Shown: positions 9,759 to 20,770 of the stretch, in pieces | Layout of the letters: every line of letters starts with the position of its first letter | Numbering within the stretch: the first letter of the stretch is position 1 | Source of the DNA: a virus | DNA: 64,000 nt | Reading direction: 5' to 3' (one strand) | Virus record (IMG/VR): IMGVR_UViG_3300035698_019747 | Span: 64,001 to 128,000 of that record | The notes under the pieces: generated by a model | The model's input: the letters and a program-made list of their open reading frames with translations, nothing else | Databases searched by the model: none | What the model was told of the DNA's origin: nothing | Translations under genes and position numbers: made by a program

Positions 9759-11408
9759 GTGTCATTTAAATTAACTGAAATAACCTTTGAGAAACTAAGA
9801 GAAGAAACTAATCTTTATTTACAAAAAACATATAATAAAGCATCACAACTATTCTCACCCGCTTCTCCTATGGGACATATTCTAACTATTCTTTACAGAC
9901 TCAGTGAACTCTCTTATTTATATTTAAAAAGATCAATAAATCAATTTGACCTATCTAGTAATAGTTCAGAAAATTATAATCAAATAAGAAGTGCAGCAAT
10001 TGTAGCAGGGCATAATCCATCTAGAGCAGTTTCTTCTTCTGGATTACTTAGATGTCAGTTAAAAGTATCCACTAATATAGAAAGTGATTTACCCAACGGA
10101 CAAATTAAAATCCTAAATAAGACAACTATCAAGAATCAAACTAATGGATTATTATATCATATAGATTTAGGTGGAGCAGAAGAACAAGTATTTAATGTAC
10201 AAAATGGTAAGTCATTCTTACTTAATATAGTACAAGGAGAATGGAACAGTAATGTCACGTTTACTGGAACAGGTGAACCTGACCAAAGTTATAGTGTTGA
10301 TGCTGAAAATAAAGGAATAGAAAATCACTTAGTTAAAGTAACTGTCAATGGTGAGTATTGGGAAGTGAAAAATCACATACAAGAAATGTTACCTGGTGAG
10401 AATGCAGTAGCTATAAGAACTAATTTTACTGGCGGCTTATCTATCATATTTGGTAATAATAATTTTGGTAATAACCCATTCGCTGGTAGTACCATAAGAG
10501 TAGAGTATGTTAAAACAGATGGAAGTCAGGGCAATATATACAGAAGAACAACAAATGATTGGAAATTTGTAGATGAAGTATTGACATCAAATGGAAACAC
10601 ATTAAACTTTGAGAAGTTTTTTAATATTTTTATAGAAAGGGATATAAACTTTGGAGCAAATGCTGAAAGTATAGAGCTTATGCGTAACCTTATTCCAATG
10701 AATATGAATAATTTCGTATTAGCATTACCTTCTCAATATTCATATGCTATAAAAAAATTAGGTGTGTTCTCACATGTAAATGCATATAAAGAAAATGAGA
10801 CTATTAAAATAGTAGCCACACCTAATATAAGAATATTTAAGAATAGAAATGCCGATTATTTCTCAGTAGATAAGGCAGCATTTACTTTAGATAGTTATGA
10901 GAAAAATAAACTTGACCAATACCTTAAAAAAGGTGGATATATAAGACTCACACAAAGATATAGTATTGAATCTCCTCTATTATCATATTATGTGATATAC
11001 ATTTACCTTAGACTATTTGATGATGCCATTGAAGAAAATATAAACGTTGCTATATTAGATAGTGTCAGTGAATATTTTTTAGATTTAACTAGAATAGATA
11101 GAGTTCCCAGAAAAGATATGATAAACATTATATCTTCAATTGAAGGTATTGATTCGGTTGATGTAAAATTCATAAGTAAAGATAACGAAGATTATCACAT
11201 CAATAAACCAACTGGATATAATAATAAACAAATATTCGGATTAGATGGGAGTCTAGGTGACATAGTATATAATAAAAATATATACCCAATTATAAGAGGT
11301 GGGTGGAAAGATAGGAATGGTATTTTTTATAATGAAGCACCTTTAGATGGGTTTAGTTCTATAAACATAAATGTCTTGGGGAGAACCCCAAGACAAAATA
11401 TTAAATAA
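9759..11408 (+). CDS. Baseplate wedge subunit (T4 gp6-like)
   Basis: N-terminal ITFEKL..YLQ, AIVAGHNPSRAVSS, IVQGE, IIFGNNNFGNNP..G..IRVEY..TDG..GN, GANAESIELMR; resembles the gp6/baseplate-J family. Confidence 0.75.
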   Translation: MSFKLTEITFEKLREETNLYLQKTYNKASQLFSPASPMGHILTILYRLSELSYLYLKRSINQFDLSSNSSENYNQIRSAAIVAGHNPSRAVSSSGLLRCQLKVSTNIESDLPNGQIKILNKTTIKNQTNGLLYHIDLGGAEEQVFNVQNGKSFLLNIVQGEWNSNVTFTGTGEPDQSYSVDAENKGIENHLVKVTVNGEYWEVKNHIQEMLPGENAVAIRTNFTGGLSIIFGNNNFGNNPFAGSTIRVEYVKTDGSQGNIYRRTTNDWKFVDEVLTSNGNTLNFEKFFNIFIERDINFGANAESIELMRNLIPMNMNNFVLALPSQYSYAIKKLGVFSHVNAYKENETIKIVATPNIRIFKNRNADYFSVDKAAFTLDSYEKNKLDQYLKKGGYIRLTQRYSIESPLLSYYVIYIYLRLFDDAIEENINVAILDSVSEYFLDLTRIDRVPRKDMINIISSIEGIDSVDVKFISKDNEDYHINKPTGYNNKQIFGLDGSLGDIVYNKNIYPIIRGGWKDRNGIFYNEAPLDGFSSININVLGRTPRQNIK

Positions 11409-11411
11409 TAC

Positions 11412-11936
11412 TTATATAAACGCAGTCAAATCAGCAGGACTATAATTAATTGACTTCATAATTTTATGGTCTTCTCTTAAAACAAGAAATAAACCAGCCT
11501 TCTCTATTACGCCCATATTCATTATTTCCCCTCTACCTTTATGATATTCAATTGTATCTAAAGCTTCTTGATTAGACACACAAGCCTTTGTCATATTAGA
11601 GCGATGTACCTCATCAAATGCTTCATCAAATACATCTGTAAACCCCATGGCTAATATAGCACCTGATAATACATATTGGATATCACAGAAAGCATCTAAT
11701 GCCTCTACTTTATCATAACCATCTTGTACCTCATATACATTGCTAGATGCTTTCTCACATAGGCTATGGAAGTGAATAGCAGTAGATTGACTAGTACATG
11801 ACAATTCTTCTAACTCTTCAAATAATAAAGATATCCTCAGATTTTTCAACATATCATTATCTTCTACTATTATACTTGAAATAGGATGATTAAAAGCTTC
11901 ATGGAATTCTCTTACTTGATTTAAATATTTACTCAT
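11412..11936 (-). CDS. MazG-like / PRA-PH family NTP pyrophosphohydrolase
   Basis: VREFHEAF, LLFEELEEL, EALDAFCDIQYV, FDEVHRSNMTK. Confidence 0.88.
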   Translation of the reverse strand: MSKYLNQVREFHEAFNHPISSIIVEDNDMLKNLRISLLFEELEELSCTSQSTAIHFHSLCEKASSNVYEVQDGYDKVEALDAFCDIQYVLSGAILAMGFTDVFDEAFDEVHRSNMTKACVSNQEALDTIEYHKGRGEIMNMGVIEKAGLFLVLREDHKIMKSINYSPADLTAFI

Positions 11937-11985
11937 ATTTTATTATTTATATATAACTTATACTTTAATAATAAAATAAGTTTAA

Positions 11986-12204
11986 ATGAATTGGAACAAT
12001 CACATATTAGATAACATAAATGAGTTTGGTAAGGATAAGATAACGTTAACTGAAAAGTTATATCTAGATAATTACTCAACTAGTAAAAAGGGTCACTATG
12101 AAAGTCAACTAAATATCAGATATAATTATTATACAGAATTATATAGCTATGATGGGAAAAAATATTATATCAATTTAAGACATATACAAGATTTATTAAA
12201 CTAA
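11986..12204 (+). CDS. Small protein with DUF6576-like helical module
   Basis: ILDNINEFGKDKITLTEKLYL resembles the motif in the ORFs at 13405 and 14305. Confidence 0.5.
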   Translation: MNWNNHILDNINEFGKDKITLTEKLYLDNYSTSKKGHYESQLNIRYNYYTELYSYDGKKYYINLRHIQDLLN

Positions 12205-12212
12205 AACATATT

Positions 12213-13367
12213 ATGAAGCAATTATCAAAAAAATATAAGGTTAAATATTATGACCACAATAATATGCACGACCACAAAGCTTTATATAATTCTGACTTTA
12301 TACATAGGTCGGAAATGAATAAAGATGAGAAAGATAAATTTAACAGAGGTGAATCTTTATTGGAAAGTAAATTTGGGAAAAAAATACCTAAGTATTTTAT
12401 GTAGTTCTTAAGGATAATTCATATTCCACACAAGATAATATCACGACAAATACAATACCGTGGGTCAGTCTTTCAGAAATGAAATTTAATAATATTTATG
12501 GTATTAGTGATAGTATAGAAATAATAAATTCTTGGTTAGATATTAGAAATGTTTTATTAGTAATGCCAGCTAGTAAGATAATAGAGCAGAAAAGAACATT
12601 TAAGGTTGATTACTATAATCCTGATCAGATTGTGAGTAAAAATTTCTTTTTACTCAGAAGACTTATGGATAATATAAATGATAAACCCCAATCATCACAG
12701 TTTGATAAAAACCAAATAATAAAATTTGATATATATAAATCATTAGAAACTATTTTTAATAAAAGCGTTAAAAAAGGGTCAATGGGAAGTAAAAAAATAT
12801 CCAAAAATTTTGGGTCTTGGAAAACCCCCACTAGAAATAAAGTATATTATACATATACAGCTTTCTTTGAGAAAGAGGGTAGCAATTTAGCTAATGAAAT
12901 ATCTAAATATATTGTAAATGAAAAAAAAGAAATAAATAGTGTACGTGATCTAATAAAAATAACTAAGTTTGTATTATCTAATAAAAATAGAGAAATTTTA
13001 GGACATAAAAAAATAAATGATTTTTTTTTATGAATTATATGATAAATACGGAGATATATATTTTGAGACAATCTTTAAGAGAGGTATAACTCTGAGTTGT
13101 AAACATTGGGCAAAAAGAGAAGGAGAATGGATAATAAAAGAAAACCCATTGAAAAATGGGATGAGAAATTTAGAAATCCCCCTTGGATCCACACCCATAA
13201 TAAAACAAAGATTAAATACCGATGATGAGACTTATGATAAATGGTACAAAAACGTTATTAAGGATTCTGGTGAAATACAACCTAATTTAGATGTATATCA
13301 AAGAAATGATAATAGAGGTTTATCTAAAGAAACAATAGAGTACGCAGTAACTAAATATAATAAGTAG
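12213..13367 (+). pseudogene. Probably one gene split by two frameshifts (ORFs 12213-12404, 12479-13033, 13017-13367)
   Basis: The 12479 frame is open back to 12392 (..PK/VFYVVLKDNS); the second break is in a T9 run at 13021-13029 (NDFF/YELYD). Confidence 0.6.
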
Positions 13368-13404
13368 TATATTTGTAGATTAATAATTATTTAATATATA
13401 ATAA

Positions 13405-13941
13405 ATGATACATTTTTTATTAGTAGGGGGATTTATAATTGGGATAGTCAGTATGTTAACACTATATGATATTTTAAATTATTTACAACAATTTAGAAAT
13501 TCTACCCTATTATTAAAGGAAATAATAAATGCACCCATAAGGGATTTTAATTTTAGTCATAGAATATCACATGTTGTTTTTATCAATTATAAAAAAATTA
13601 ACATTCGCATTGATTTAAATACTGATATTATTGATATTATAATTGATCAAGATAAAGTGGCTTCACTAACAGAGTATAATGCATATGAATATAAAGCTCT
13701 TTTTAAAAGAATTAGTTATATGTTCTACAGTGAAATATTTAAGGATGTACATGAAGTTAATAATATTACATACTCCAATAATATAGTACAAAATAAAGAT
13801 ATATCAGATAGTCTCATAAATGAAAAGAAATCAAATATTCCCAAATTTAATTTAGATGATATACTTGATAAAATCAGCAATAATGGAATGTTATCACTAT
13901 CCGAGGATGAGAAAAACTATTTAAGTGGTCTCAGCGAATAG
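13405..13941 (+). CDS. Membrane protein with C-terminal DUF6576-like domain
   Basis: N-terminal TM segment; LDDILDKISNNGMLSLSEDEKNYL. Confidence 0.7.
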   Translation: MIHFLLVGGFIIGIVSMLTLYDILNYLQQFRNSTLLLKEIINAPIRDFNFSHRISHVVFINYKKINIRIDLNTDIIDIIIDQDKVASLTEYNAYEYKALFKRISYMFYSEIFKDVHEVNNITYSNNIVQNKDISDSLINEKKSNIPKFNLDDILDKISNNGMLSLSEDEKNYLSGLSE

Positions 13942-14209
13942 AAAAATTTTTTCCCCCTCTTTTTTTAACCTTAGTTACTTCAATTTTATTAATATCTAAC
14001 CAATTTATTAACTCATCAATATCCTTTAAAGTATCAAATGGGAAATTTATGGGCAATTCTTTAGGGGTATAATCATATAACTTAGATAAAGTATACCAAA
14101 CAGTAACAGTGATTATTTTAGATTTTAACTGATACCATTTTTTAGTCACAACCTCAAACTCTATATGGTGACATAACATCCTAGAAAGATTTATTTTAAT
14201 ATTATCCAT
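13931..14209 (-). CDS. Hypothetical protein
   Basis: ORF downstream of TATATTTG element at 14234-14227. Confidence 0.7.
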   Translation of the reverse strand: MDNIKINLSRMLCHHIEFEVVTKKWYQLKSKIITVTVWYTLSKLYDYTPKELPINFPFDTLKDIDELINWLDINKIEVTKVKKRGGKNFSIR

Positions 14210-14304
14210 CGTGGTGATTATTTTTACAAATATACTTATAAATATGCAATGTATGTAGGGTATATCATAATATATATATATATAAATAAATAATAATCAA
14301 TATT

Positions 14305-14919
14305 ATGAACGAATTATATGCGGATTTAGAAACCTTTTTAAAAGATTATCCAGAATTATATGATAAATTATTAGATGAATTATATATTAACTTCCCAGAG
14401 GGGAAAATTGAAGATTTAGATATTATTTATTATTGGGCGGTCCTAAATAGGGATAGTGTAGATTTAAATCCGATAGATGAAGAAATCAGACACCTGATGG
14501 TGTTTGAGGAGAGATTGAATTATGAGAAAGATAAAATATACATTGAAGTATATTTTAGATATGATAATTATATAAGAGGACAAGTAGTCAATGAACTACC
14601 TATCCCAGAACTAATTATAAATGATTTGAAAAAAGTTATTGCATCTACTATGAAATTTGAACAAACTACATATAATGAAAAAGATGTAATTGATAGCATA
14701 CCAGATGATATTGAAACATATGACTTAATAGAAGATGCATTAAAAAATGCATATGAATATGAAGAGTATGAAACATTAGATGCTGATATTAGTGATAATA
14801 CTTCAGAAATAACTAAATCAGATGTGTCATTAAATTTCTTATTAGATAAAATTAAAGAAAACGGTATAGAATCATTATCAGTTGAAGAATTAGAATGTTT
14901 AAAAAAATACTCAGAATAA
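14305..14919 (+). CDS. Acidic protein with C-terminal DUF6576-like domain
   Basis: LNFLLDKIKENGIESLSVEELECL. Confidence 0.7.
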   Translation: MNELYADLETFLKDYPELYDKLLDELYINFPEGKIEDLDIIYYWAVLNRDSVDLNPIDEEIRHLMVFEERLNYEKDKIYIEVYFRYDNYIRGQVVNELPIPELIINDLKKVIASTMKFEQTTYNEKDVIDSIPDDIETYDLIEDALKNAYEYEEYETLDADISDNTSEITKSDVSLNFLLDKIKENGIESLSVEELECLKKYSE

Positions 14920-14961
14920 AAAAAAACCCCCCCATATAAATTAATATATGGGGTTCTTTTT
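14918..14961. terminator. Bidirectional intrinsic terminator
   Basis: CCCCATATA/TATATGGGG hairpin flanked by A and T tracts between convergent genes. Confidence 0.75.
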
Positions 14962-16024
14962 AGTTTACTTCTAGATTAACTTTTCGATAACTTCTATTAG
15001 CAGAAATCACCTTAACAGATACTCTTTCACCAGCATTCATATCTTTTATGGAATTATTGTTTCTAACTAAACCAGATGTCTCACCATCTAATTCGATTAA
15101 AGTACCAATATCGATATGAGTCTTTATCTCACCTTCAAGAATTTGCCCCTTCTCAATAGTATCCCATAATGATGTTGAATCTACCTGAGATAATATGATA
15201 CCCTTTTTAATAACCTCCTTAACTTTAAAGGATATTTCTTCACCTGAGTGAATGCTTCGGTTATTAAACTTTTCGGACATGATCTCATTTAGGTTAGTCT
15301 TATGAATAAGTCCTGTTAAACATTCATTAAACTCAACAAAAACACCAAATTTAGTTGTACCAGTAACATGACCAGTATAAACTTCTTCTGCATCTAGATT
15401 ATCGATATATTGTGGTATTAATTGAGTTAAATACCCCCTTCTACTAACGATCCAAGTACCCTTTTCCTTTGAAAATGATTCTACACACATCTCTAGTGTC
15501 TGTCCTATAATATCTTCTTTTGCAGTGTCGTGAATCTTATTCACACCTGCTAGGAATTGTGGGAGAAACGCATCCACAAAGCAATAGTTGCCCAAAATCT
15601 GACACACGTAACCCGCAGGGTTCATGGACTCAATTTTAACATGCACATAATCCTTTTCATCAAGTTCTCTAAGTGTTCTATGAGTTTCTTCTTTATATAA
15701 TAAAGAAACACTACCGTTGATTTCAAACCCATTAGATGCCTCTGAAATGCGTGTGATGACAATAGGCACACTGTCCCCTATATTAACATTATCGAATATT
15801 AATGTTTCTTCTTTATTATTAGGCACTCTAACAATATCCTTGAATGACCCATCAAGTAAATAATCGTCTTTATCCATACCTGTATAAATACAAGTAAATG
15901 AATTTCCTACTTTCGGAACATTGATTGAGTCTAGCATTAATTTATACATCTCTTCCGTATATGTTGATTTAGTATCAACTTCATCAAAAAGGTAATCTAA
16001 TTCTTCTACTGCTGATTTTACCAT
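14960..16024 (-). CDS. rpsA: Ribosomal protein S1-like protein (about 4 S1/OB domains)
   Basis: AFLP, WIVSRR, YTGHVTGTTKFGVFVEF..LTGLIH, GQILEGEI...GTLIEL...GLV, GERVSVKVIS. Confidence 0.8.
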   Translation of the reverse strand: MVKSAVEELDYLFDEVDTKSTYTEEMYKLMLDSINVPKVGNSFTCIYTGMDKDDYLLDGSFKDIVRVPNNKEETLIFDNVNIGDSVPIVITRISEASNGFEINGSVSLLYKEETHRTLRELDEKDYVHVKIESMNPAGYVCQILGNYCFVDAFLPQFLAGVNKIHDTAKEDIIGQTLEMCVESFSKEKGTWIVSRRGYLTQLIPQYIDNLDAEEVYTGHVTGTTKFGVFVEFNECLTGLIHKTNLNEIMSEKFNNRSIHSGEEISFKVKEVIKKGIILSQVDSTSLWDTIEKGQILEGEIKTHIDIGTLIELDGETSGLVRNNNSIKDMNAGERVSVKVISANRSYRKVNLEVN

Positions 16025-16068
16025 AAATTTATTTTTAATAGTTATTTAGTATTATATACTTAAATAAA

Positions 16069-16422
16069 TTAAAGTTTAAAATTAAATCCCTTTTTATTTA
16101 TGACATCTCTTATTTTTGCAGCCTCTTCATATCTCTCTTCTTTTATGTACTCACTTAACTGCTCATTCAACTCTTCTTCAAGTATTTCAGAGTTTGAATA
16201 TTCCAATAAACCATTAAAAAATGTATTCATTTCACTAAAACTGCAAAAGTCTATGTTTATATTATTTACATCTATACCAAGTAACTTATTACCTTTATCC
16301 ATTTTATTAATAAAGTTTTTATCAAAAGCATTATTTTCAATTAAGAATTCCACTAAGTGATTTGGTCTATTCCTGAAAATATTAAAAAGTTTTACAAGGT
16401 TGTGTCCGAAACTATTATACAT
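16069..16422 (-). CDS. Protein with C-terminal UVR (UvrB/UvrC) motif
   Basis: LNEQLSEYIKEERYEEAAKIRDVI. Confidence 0.75.
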   Translation of the reverse strand: MYNSFGHNLVKLFNIFRNRPNHLVEFLIENNAFDKNFINKMDKGNKLLGIDVNNINIDFCSFSEMNTFFNGLLEYSNSEILEEELNEQLSEYIKEERYEEAAKIRDVINKKGFNFKL

Positions 16423-16423
16423 T

Positions 16424-17107
16424 TTAAATTCTATTATATTTTATATTGAAATAGTAGTTAAACGTATAATCATCAGAAAATTTACCTTGATCAAATATCA
16501 ACCGAATAAATTTATCACTATTTATTTTAATTGTCCTAAAGTCATCAAATATGAATTCATTTTTATCTATGCTTGATTTATAATTAACCTCTAATTTCTT
16601 ACCAGAATCTTCTAAATTAACATATTCAATAAATAAATTTATTTCTGACATCTTATATAACGGTAATACATTTAAATTAATATATTTTATGATACTCGTA
16701 GATATGTTTTTATCAATAGTATCAGCATTTAAAATATTACTAAATGCTCTAGATTTCTTTATTAAAGAAAATATATAATTTGTTAAAATCTTATTAGCAT
16801 CTATCTCTAATACCCATGATGCTTTGGGTTTGATATTATCACTACTCTGTGAAGGGTCTAATGCCATTAAGTGATTATTATTTTTATCCTCAATAAGAGA
16901 ATATGATACAGAATTACTTCTCTCTTGATTTATATCAATTTGTTCACCACTCACCCTTTGATAATAAGTGACATACTCAGAACCCAATTCTATAACATCA
17001 TCTGCTGTAATCATTTTAGAACCGAAAAATGCTTTACTTTCTTGCATATTAAATGTACCAACTACGCTATCGTAAATATATTCGGGACTAACGCCATTTC
17101 TTTTCAT
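16424..17107 (-). CDS. Hypothetical, probably virion structural protein
   Basis: In an operon with large structural-type ORFs. Confidence 0.6.
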   Translation of the reverse strand: MKRNGVSPEYIYDSVVGTFNMQESKAFFGSKMITADDVIELGSEYVTYYQRVSGEQIDINQERSNSVSYSLIEDKNNNHLMALDPSQSSDNIKPKASWVLEIDANKILTNYIFSLIKKSRAFSNILNADTIDKNISTSIIKYINLNVLPLYKMSEINLFIEYVNLEDSGKKLEVNYKSSIDKNEFIFDDFRTIKINSDKFIRLIFDQGKFSDDYTFNYYFNIKYNRI

Positions 17108-17110
17108 AGA

Positions 17111-20100
17111 TTATATATTTTTTTTCACCTGTTTGTAATATACTTTATCCCAACTACTTTTAAATATATTATGATCACCTACATAATACCCAAATTCATT
17201 TACCTGAGGGTATATAGAGCGATATCTATTGGTTTTTATACGTAATATATTTGAATCACCTACCTTTGATTTAATAAATTCTTCTATTATTCCAAAACTT
17301 GATGAAGTATCTGAAAATTTATAATTCCCATATTCAAATAGGTTTATATCATAAAATACGGGATCGTAAATAGAATTAATCCTGAATAAAGAAAAAGTGT
17401 TGTTATTAAAGTTAAATAAACTAGAATCTAATCTATTAAACTCACTAGCTATAGGTTGGTCAGCATAATAATTTATTTCATCTATCTTATTGACATTATT
17501 ATTAATCATTTTCTTATTTACCTTTAATGTATCCCCGTCTATAAAAATTGAATTTCTTTTAATAGAATTATTATAAATTACTAACTCAGATGGACTCTCT
17601 ATTTGCATCATATGTGGGATATCAGATATATTATTAATATCATATCTAGTGATATTATTACCATCCCTAATATAATATTTAATACCGTTTATAAAACCAT
17701 CACTCCTTAAGCTATTTATATTATCTATAACATTATTAGCAACTAAACTTTGTGATTCTGGTTTATATAATTCATCCCGTTTAATATTATATACAGGTAA
17801 AATATTATTATTAGAATATAAGTGAACTAAAATATTCTTATATACCTTATCTATGTATATATTTATACCATTTTCAAAAGTAGAATTACCAACCATATCT
17901 ACATAAAAAGAGTTGTTAAACTTTACAATATCAAATATATTATAAGAACTACTAAGAGGTTCAAAACTAAACACAATTAATAATGATTGCGTGTTTATAT
18001 CATAATAATATAATGAACCATTAGATGTCACTAACTGATCCACACCGTAATTGGAATTATTAGAAACCTCATTTATTTTTTCCCAATATAATATCTGATT
18101 ATTATCAGTCCCTATCTCTACGTATTCTGGACTTTTAGCTACTAATTGTGTTTTAACACACTTATAAAATTCTCCCTTATAATAAGTAATATATTTTAAG
18201 TAATTAGGATTAATACCAGATACTTGCACCAATTGATTATAAGATACATCCCATTTTAAATATTCATTATCTTTCTGAAAAAATATGCTTCTATATGGAC
18301 TAGGAGGGAAAGATTCCCAGTTAGAGTTATCTACTAGAGATCCGATCGGTGATTGTATAATATCATTTGATATACATCTAAATAATTGTACTATACCATC
18401 ATTAAATCCTGATGCAGTAACTGAAATGAACGCTTGATTGTTATCATATGTGAACTCCTCTATTGTAGAATCTGGATAAACATATTCTGTTGGTGTTACA
18501 CTACCAGTACCACTACCAGTACCATACCCTGGGAAGCTGAAATGACCAGTTGAATCCTTGAACTCAGTTGGGTCAAAAATAACTATATCACCTGTATTAT
18601 AACTAACATTCCTTTCCCACTTATTTAATTTATTCCAATTAGAGTTTAAGTCCTTATCATTAAAATTATTATCTATATCCTTATCTAACGAACTATACAC
18701 TATACTAAACTTATAATCACTAAATGTATTTGTACCAGAAACATTAATGGATTCAATCGATGAATTATCATCACTAGTTATTATACTATCAACATCATAC
18801 ATGTTAACCGAAAGCCCCTTAAAAACAGTGTTATTAGGATTATCATTATCCCCCTTATTAAACTTAGAATGTTTACTATTAAATGTTATATTAAAATAAT
18901 CCACACCCAATAAATACTCACTTATATTGAATTTATCAGAAACAATAGATAGACTCTGAGACTTAACAGGAAATGTGTAACCAAAGTTATAACTAGCAGT
19001 TGAGAAAGTATAAAAATAATCTAGATTTCTCTCTGTTCTAGATGGTATTATATACTCAGTATTAGTTGTTCTATTATAACTATCACCCTTCTTATTTATA
19101 TTAAACATATAAGGATAATCATTATTAGATATACTGTTCTTTATTGCCCACTTAATTGTTTGAGGGTTTTTTCTCCATAAATTATTTAAGGCATTCTTAT
19201 CACTATTTATATCGAATAACTCACCTGTTGCTAAGTATTCACTAGAAACAGGAATAGATTCAATTTTATTTTTATATATATATTTCTCAATAGGATTAGT
19301 ATTTCCACTGAAACTTAAATCATCTTCATATAATTTAGGCTCTTCTGTTCTAGTTATATCTTCATCAAACTCAAACTCATATCCAGAGTATTTAGTATTT
19401 AAAATACTATGATCAAAATCTTTAACATCTAAGAAATTAAACTTATATATACTAAATACAATTGGTCTATTATTATTACCGTTAGATAAATCCACAACAT
19501 CAGTATTACCATTAAAAGTAACTCGCAATAAGTTGTTAACTGTATTTAAATTATAATCACTTAATATTTTCCATACTCCACTATCATTTGTTATTCTATA
19601 TAACTCACTGTTAATGTTAATAGTAATAATATCACTATTATTAATATCGTTAATTACTATATTAGTATTATCACTATTCTTTAATATATTATTAGTTATA
19701 GTTAAATATGGCTCATTTATATTACCATCCACAAACTCTGGAAATTCAATATCTGATATTATTTTAAAACTATTATCTATACGTTTTACTAAATATAAAT
19801 TACCTAAATACTCAATGAAATTATTTTTAGAACTATCATAACCCCTTTCAAAGGGATCTATTCTAATACCATCCTTTATAAAATAATTGGAACTATCTAT
19901 TTTTAATCCAGATTTCAATCTTACTGGCCTATATGCAGTTATATCGCTTATTAACTTATTATCACCATAAAACCCCATATACCTATTCAATGTCCACTTA
20001 GGAGCAGAAATATCATTAAAAAAGAAGCTTAAATTGCTTATAAATGGGTAAATGACCTTATTTTCTTTGAATTTTGATGTTAAAAAATTATGCCCTTGTG

Positions 20101-20764
20101 TAAATGTCATTTCCCTTTTAAACTCCTCTGATAATAGTTCACCTTTTTTACTTATCTGACCAGTCTCTAAGTCAACACCGTTCCAATAAGAAAATTCACT
20201 TTCTGAAAAACTTATATCTATTGACATATCAGGAAGAGTATGTATATGATTATTCAATACTTTTCCAATTTTACTTTTTGTAGTTAAATCAATATTAGAA
20301 ATTAATTTCATTTTTGCTAGGTAATTATCTCTGAAGTTAGTGTAATCTAAATCTTCAACACCATTCCCATCTAATCTAAATATCATAAAGTTAGAAGGTA
20401 TTTTTTCTATACCATCACTATATAAAGGTGCGAAAAACTCAAAACTCTCACTATATGAGCTGTTATAATTTAAATTTCCTCCACTAAGGTACAATGTATC
20501 TATCTGATCTGAATAACTGTTATAAACAGTATCAAAATCCTTTAAATCTTTTATTTTATATACCAACCTCTCAGGAGTATTTTTCCAAAACTTTCCTATA
20601 TTCTCATTTAATGTGTTGTTTAATGAAAGTATGACCTTTTTATAACGATCGTCACCAAGTGCACTATCACTATCAATAGATTCTAGATAGATATTACCCT
20701 CGCTAAAAATTATCTTAACGTTACTGGTTAATAATGGATTAGTTCGTAATAGTTGAAATTGCAT
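17111..20764 (-). CDS. Large putative virion (baseplate/tail) protein with CBM5/12-like repeats
   Basis: 1217 aa; WERNVSYNTGDIV and YKGEFYKC motifs; structural gene context. Confidence 0.55.
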   Translation of the reverse strand: MQFQLLRTNPLLTSNVKIIFSEGNIYLESIDSDSALGDDRYKKVILSLNNTLNENIGKFWKNTPERLVYKIKDLKDFDTVYNSYSDQIDTLYLSGGNLNYNSSYSESFEFFAPLYSDGIEKIPSNFMIFRLDGNGVEDLDYTNFRDNYLAKMKLISNIDLTTKSKIGKVLNNHIHTLPDMSIDISFSESEFSYWNGVDLETGQISKKGELLSEEFKREMTFTQGHNFLTSKFKENKVIYPFISNLSFFFNDISAPKWTLNRYMGFYGDNKLISDITAYRPVRLKSGLKIDSSNYFIKDGIRIDPFERGYDSSKNNFIEYLGNLYLVKRIDNSFKIISDIEFPEFVDGNINEPYLTITNNILKNSDNTNIVINDINNSDIITININSELYRITNDSGVWKILSDYNLNTVNNLLRVTFNGNTDVVDLSNGNNNRPIVFSIYKFNFLDVKDFDHSILNTKYSGYEFEFDEDITRTEEPKLYEDDLSFSGNTNPIEKYIYKNKIESIPVSSEYLATGELFDINSDKNALNNLWRKNPQTIKWAIKNSISNNDYPYMFNINKKGDSYNRTTNTEYIIPSRTERNLDYFYTFSTASYNFGYTFPVKSQSLSIVSDKFNISEYLLGVDYFNITFNSKHSKFNKGDNDNPNNTVFKGLSVNMYDVDSIITSDDNSSIESINVSGTNTFSDYKFSIVYSSLDKDIDNNFNDKDLNSNWNKLNKWERNVSYNTGDIVIFDPTEFKDSTGHFSFPGYGTGSGTGSVTPTEYVYPDSTIEEFTYDNNQAFISVTASGFNDGIVQLFRCISNDIIQSPIGSLVDNSNWESFPPSPYRSIFFQKDNEYLKWDVSYNQLVQVSGINPNYLKYITYYKGEFYKCVKTQLVAKSPEYVEIGTDNNQILYWEKINEVSNNSNYGVDQLVTSNGSLYYYDINTQSLLIVFSFEPLSSSYNIFDIVKFNNSFYVDMVGNSTFENGINIYIDKVYKNILVHLYSNNNILPVYNIKRDELYKPESQSLVANNVIDNINSLRSDGFINGIKYYIRDGNNITRYDINNISDIPHMMQIESPSELVIYNNSIKRNSIFIDGDTLKVNKKMINNNVNKIDEINYYADQPIASEFNRLDSSLFNFNNNTFSLFRINSIYDPVFYDINLFEYGNYKFSDTSSSFGIIEEFIKSKVGDSNILRIKTNRYRSIYPQVNEFGYYVGDHNIFKSSWDKVYYKQVKKNI

Positions 20765-20770
20765 GCTTTA

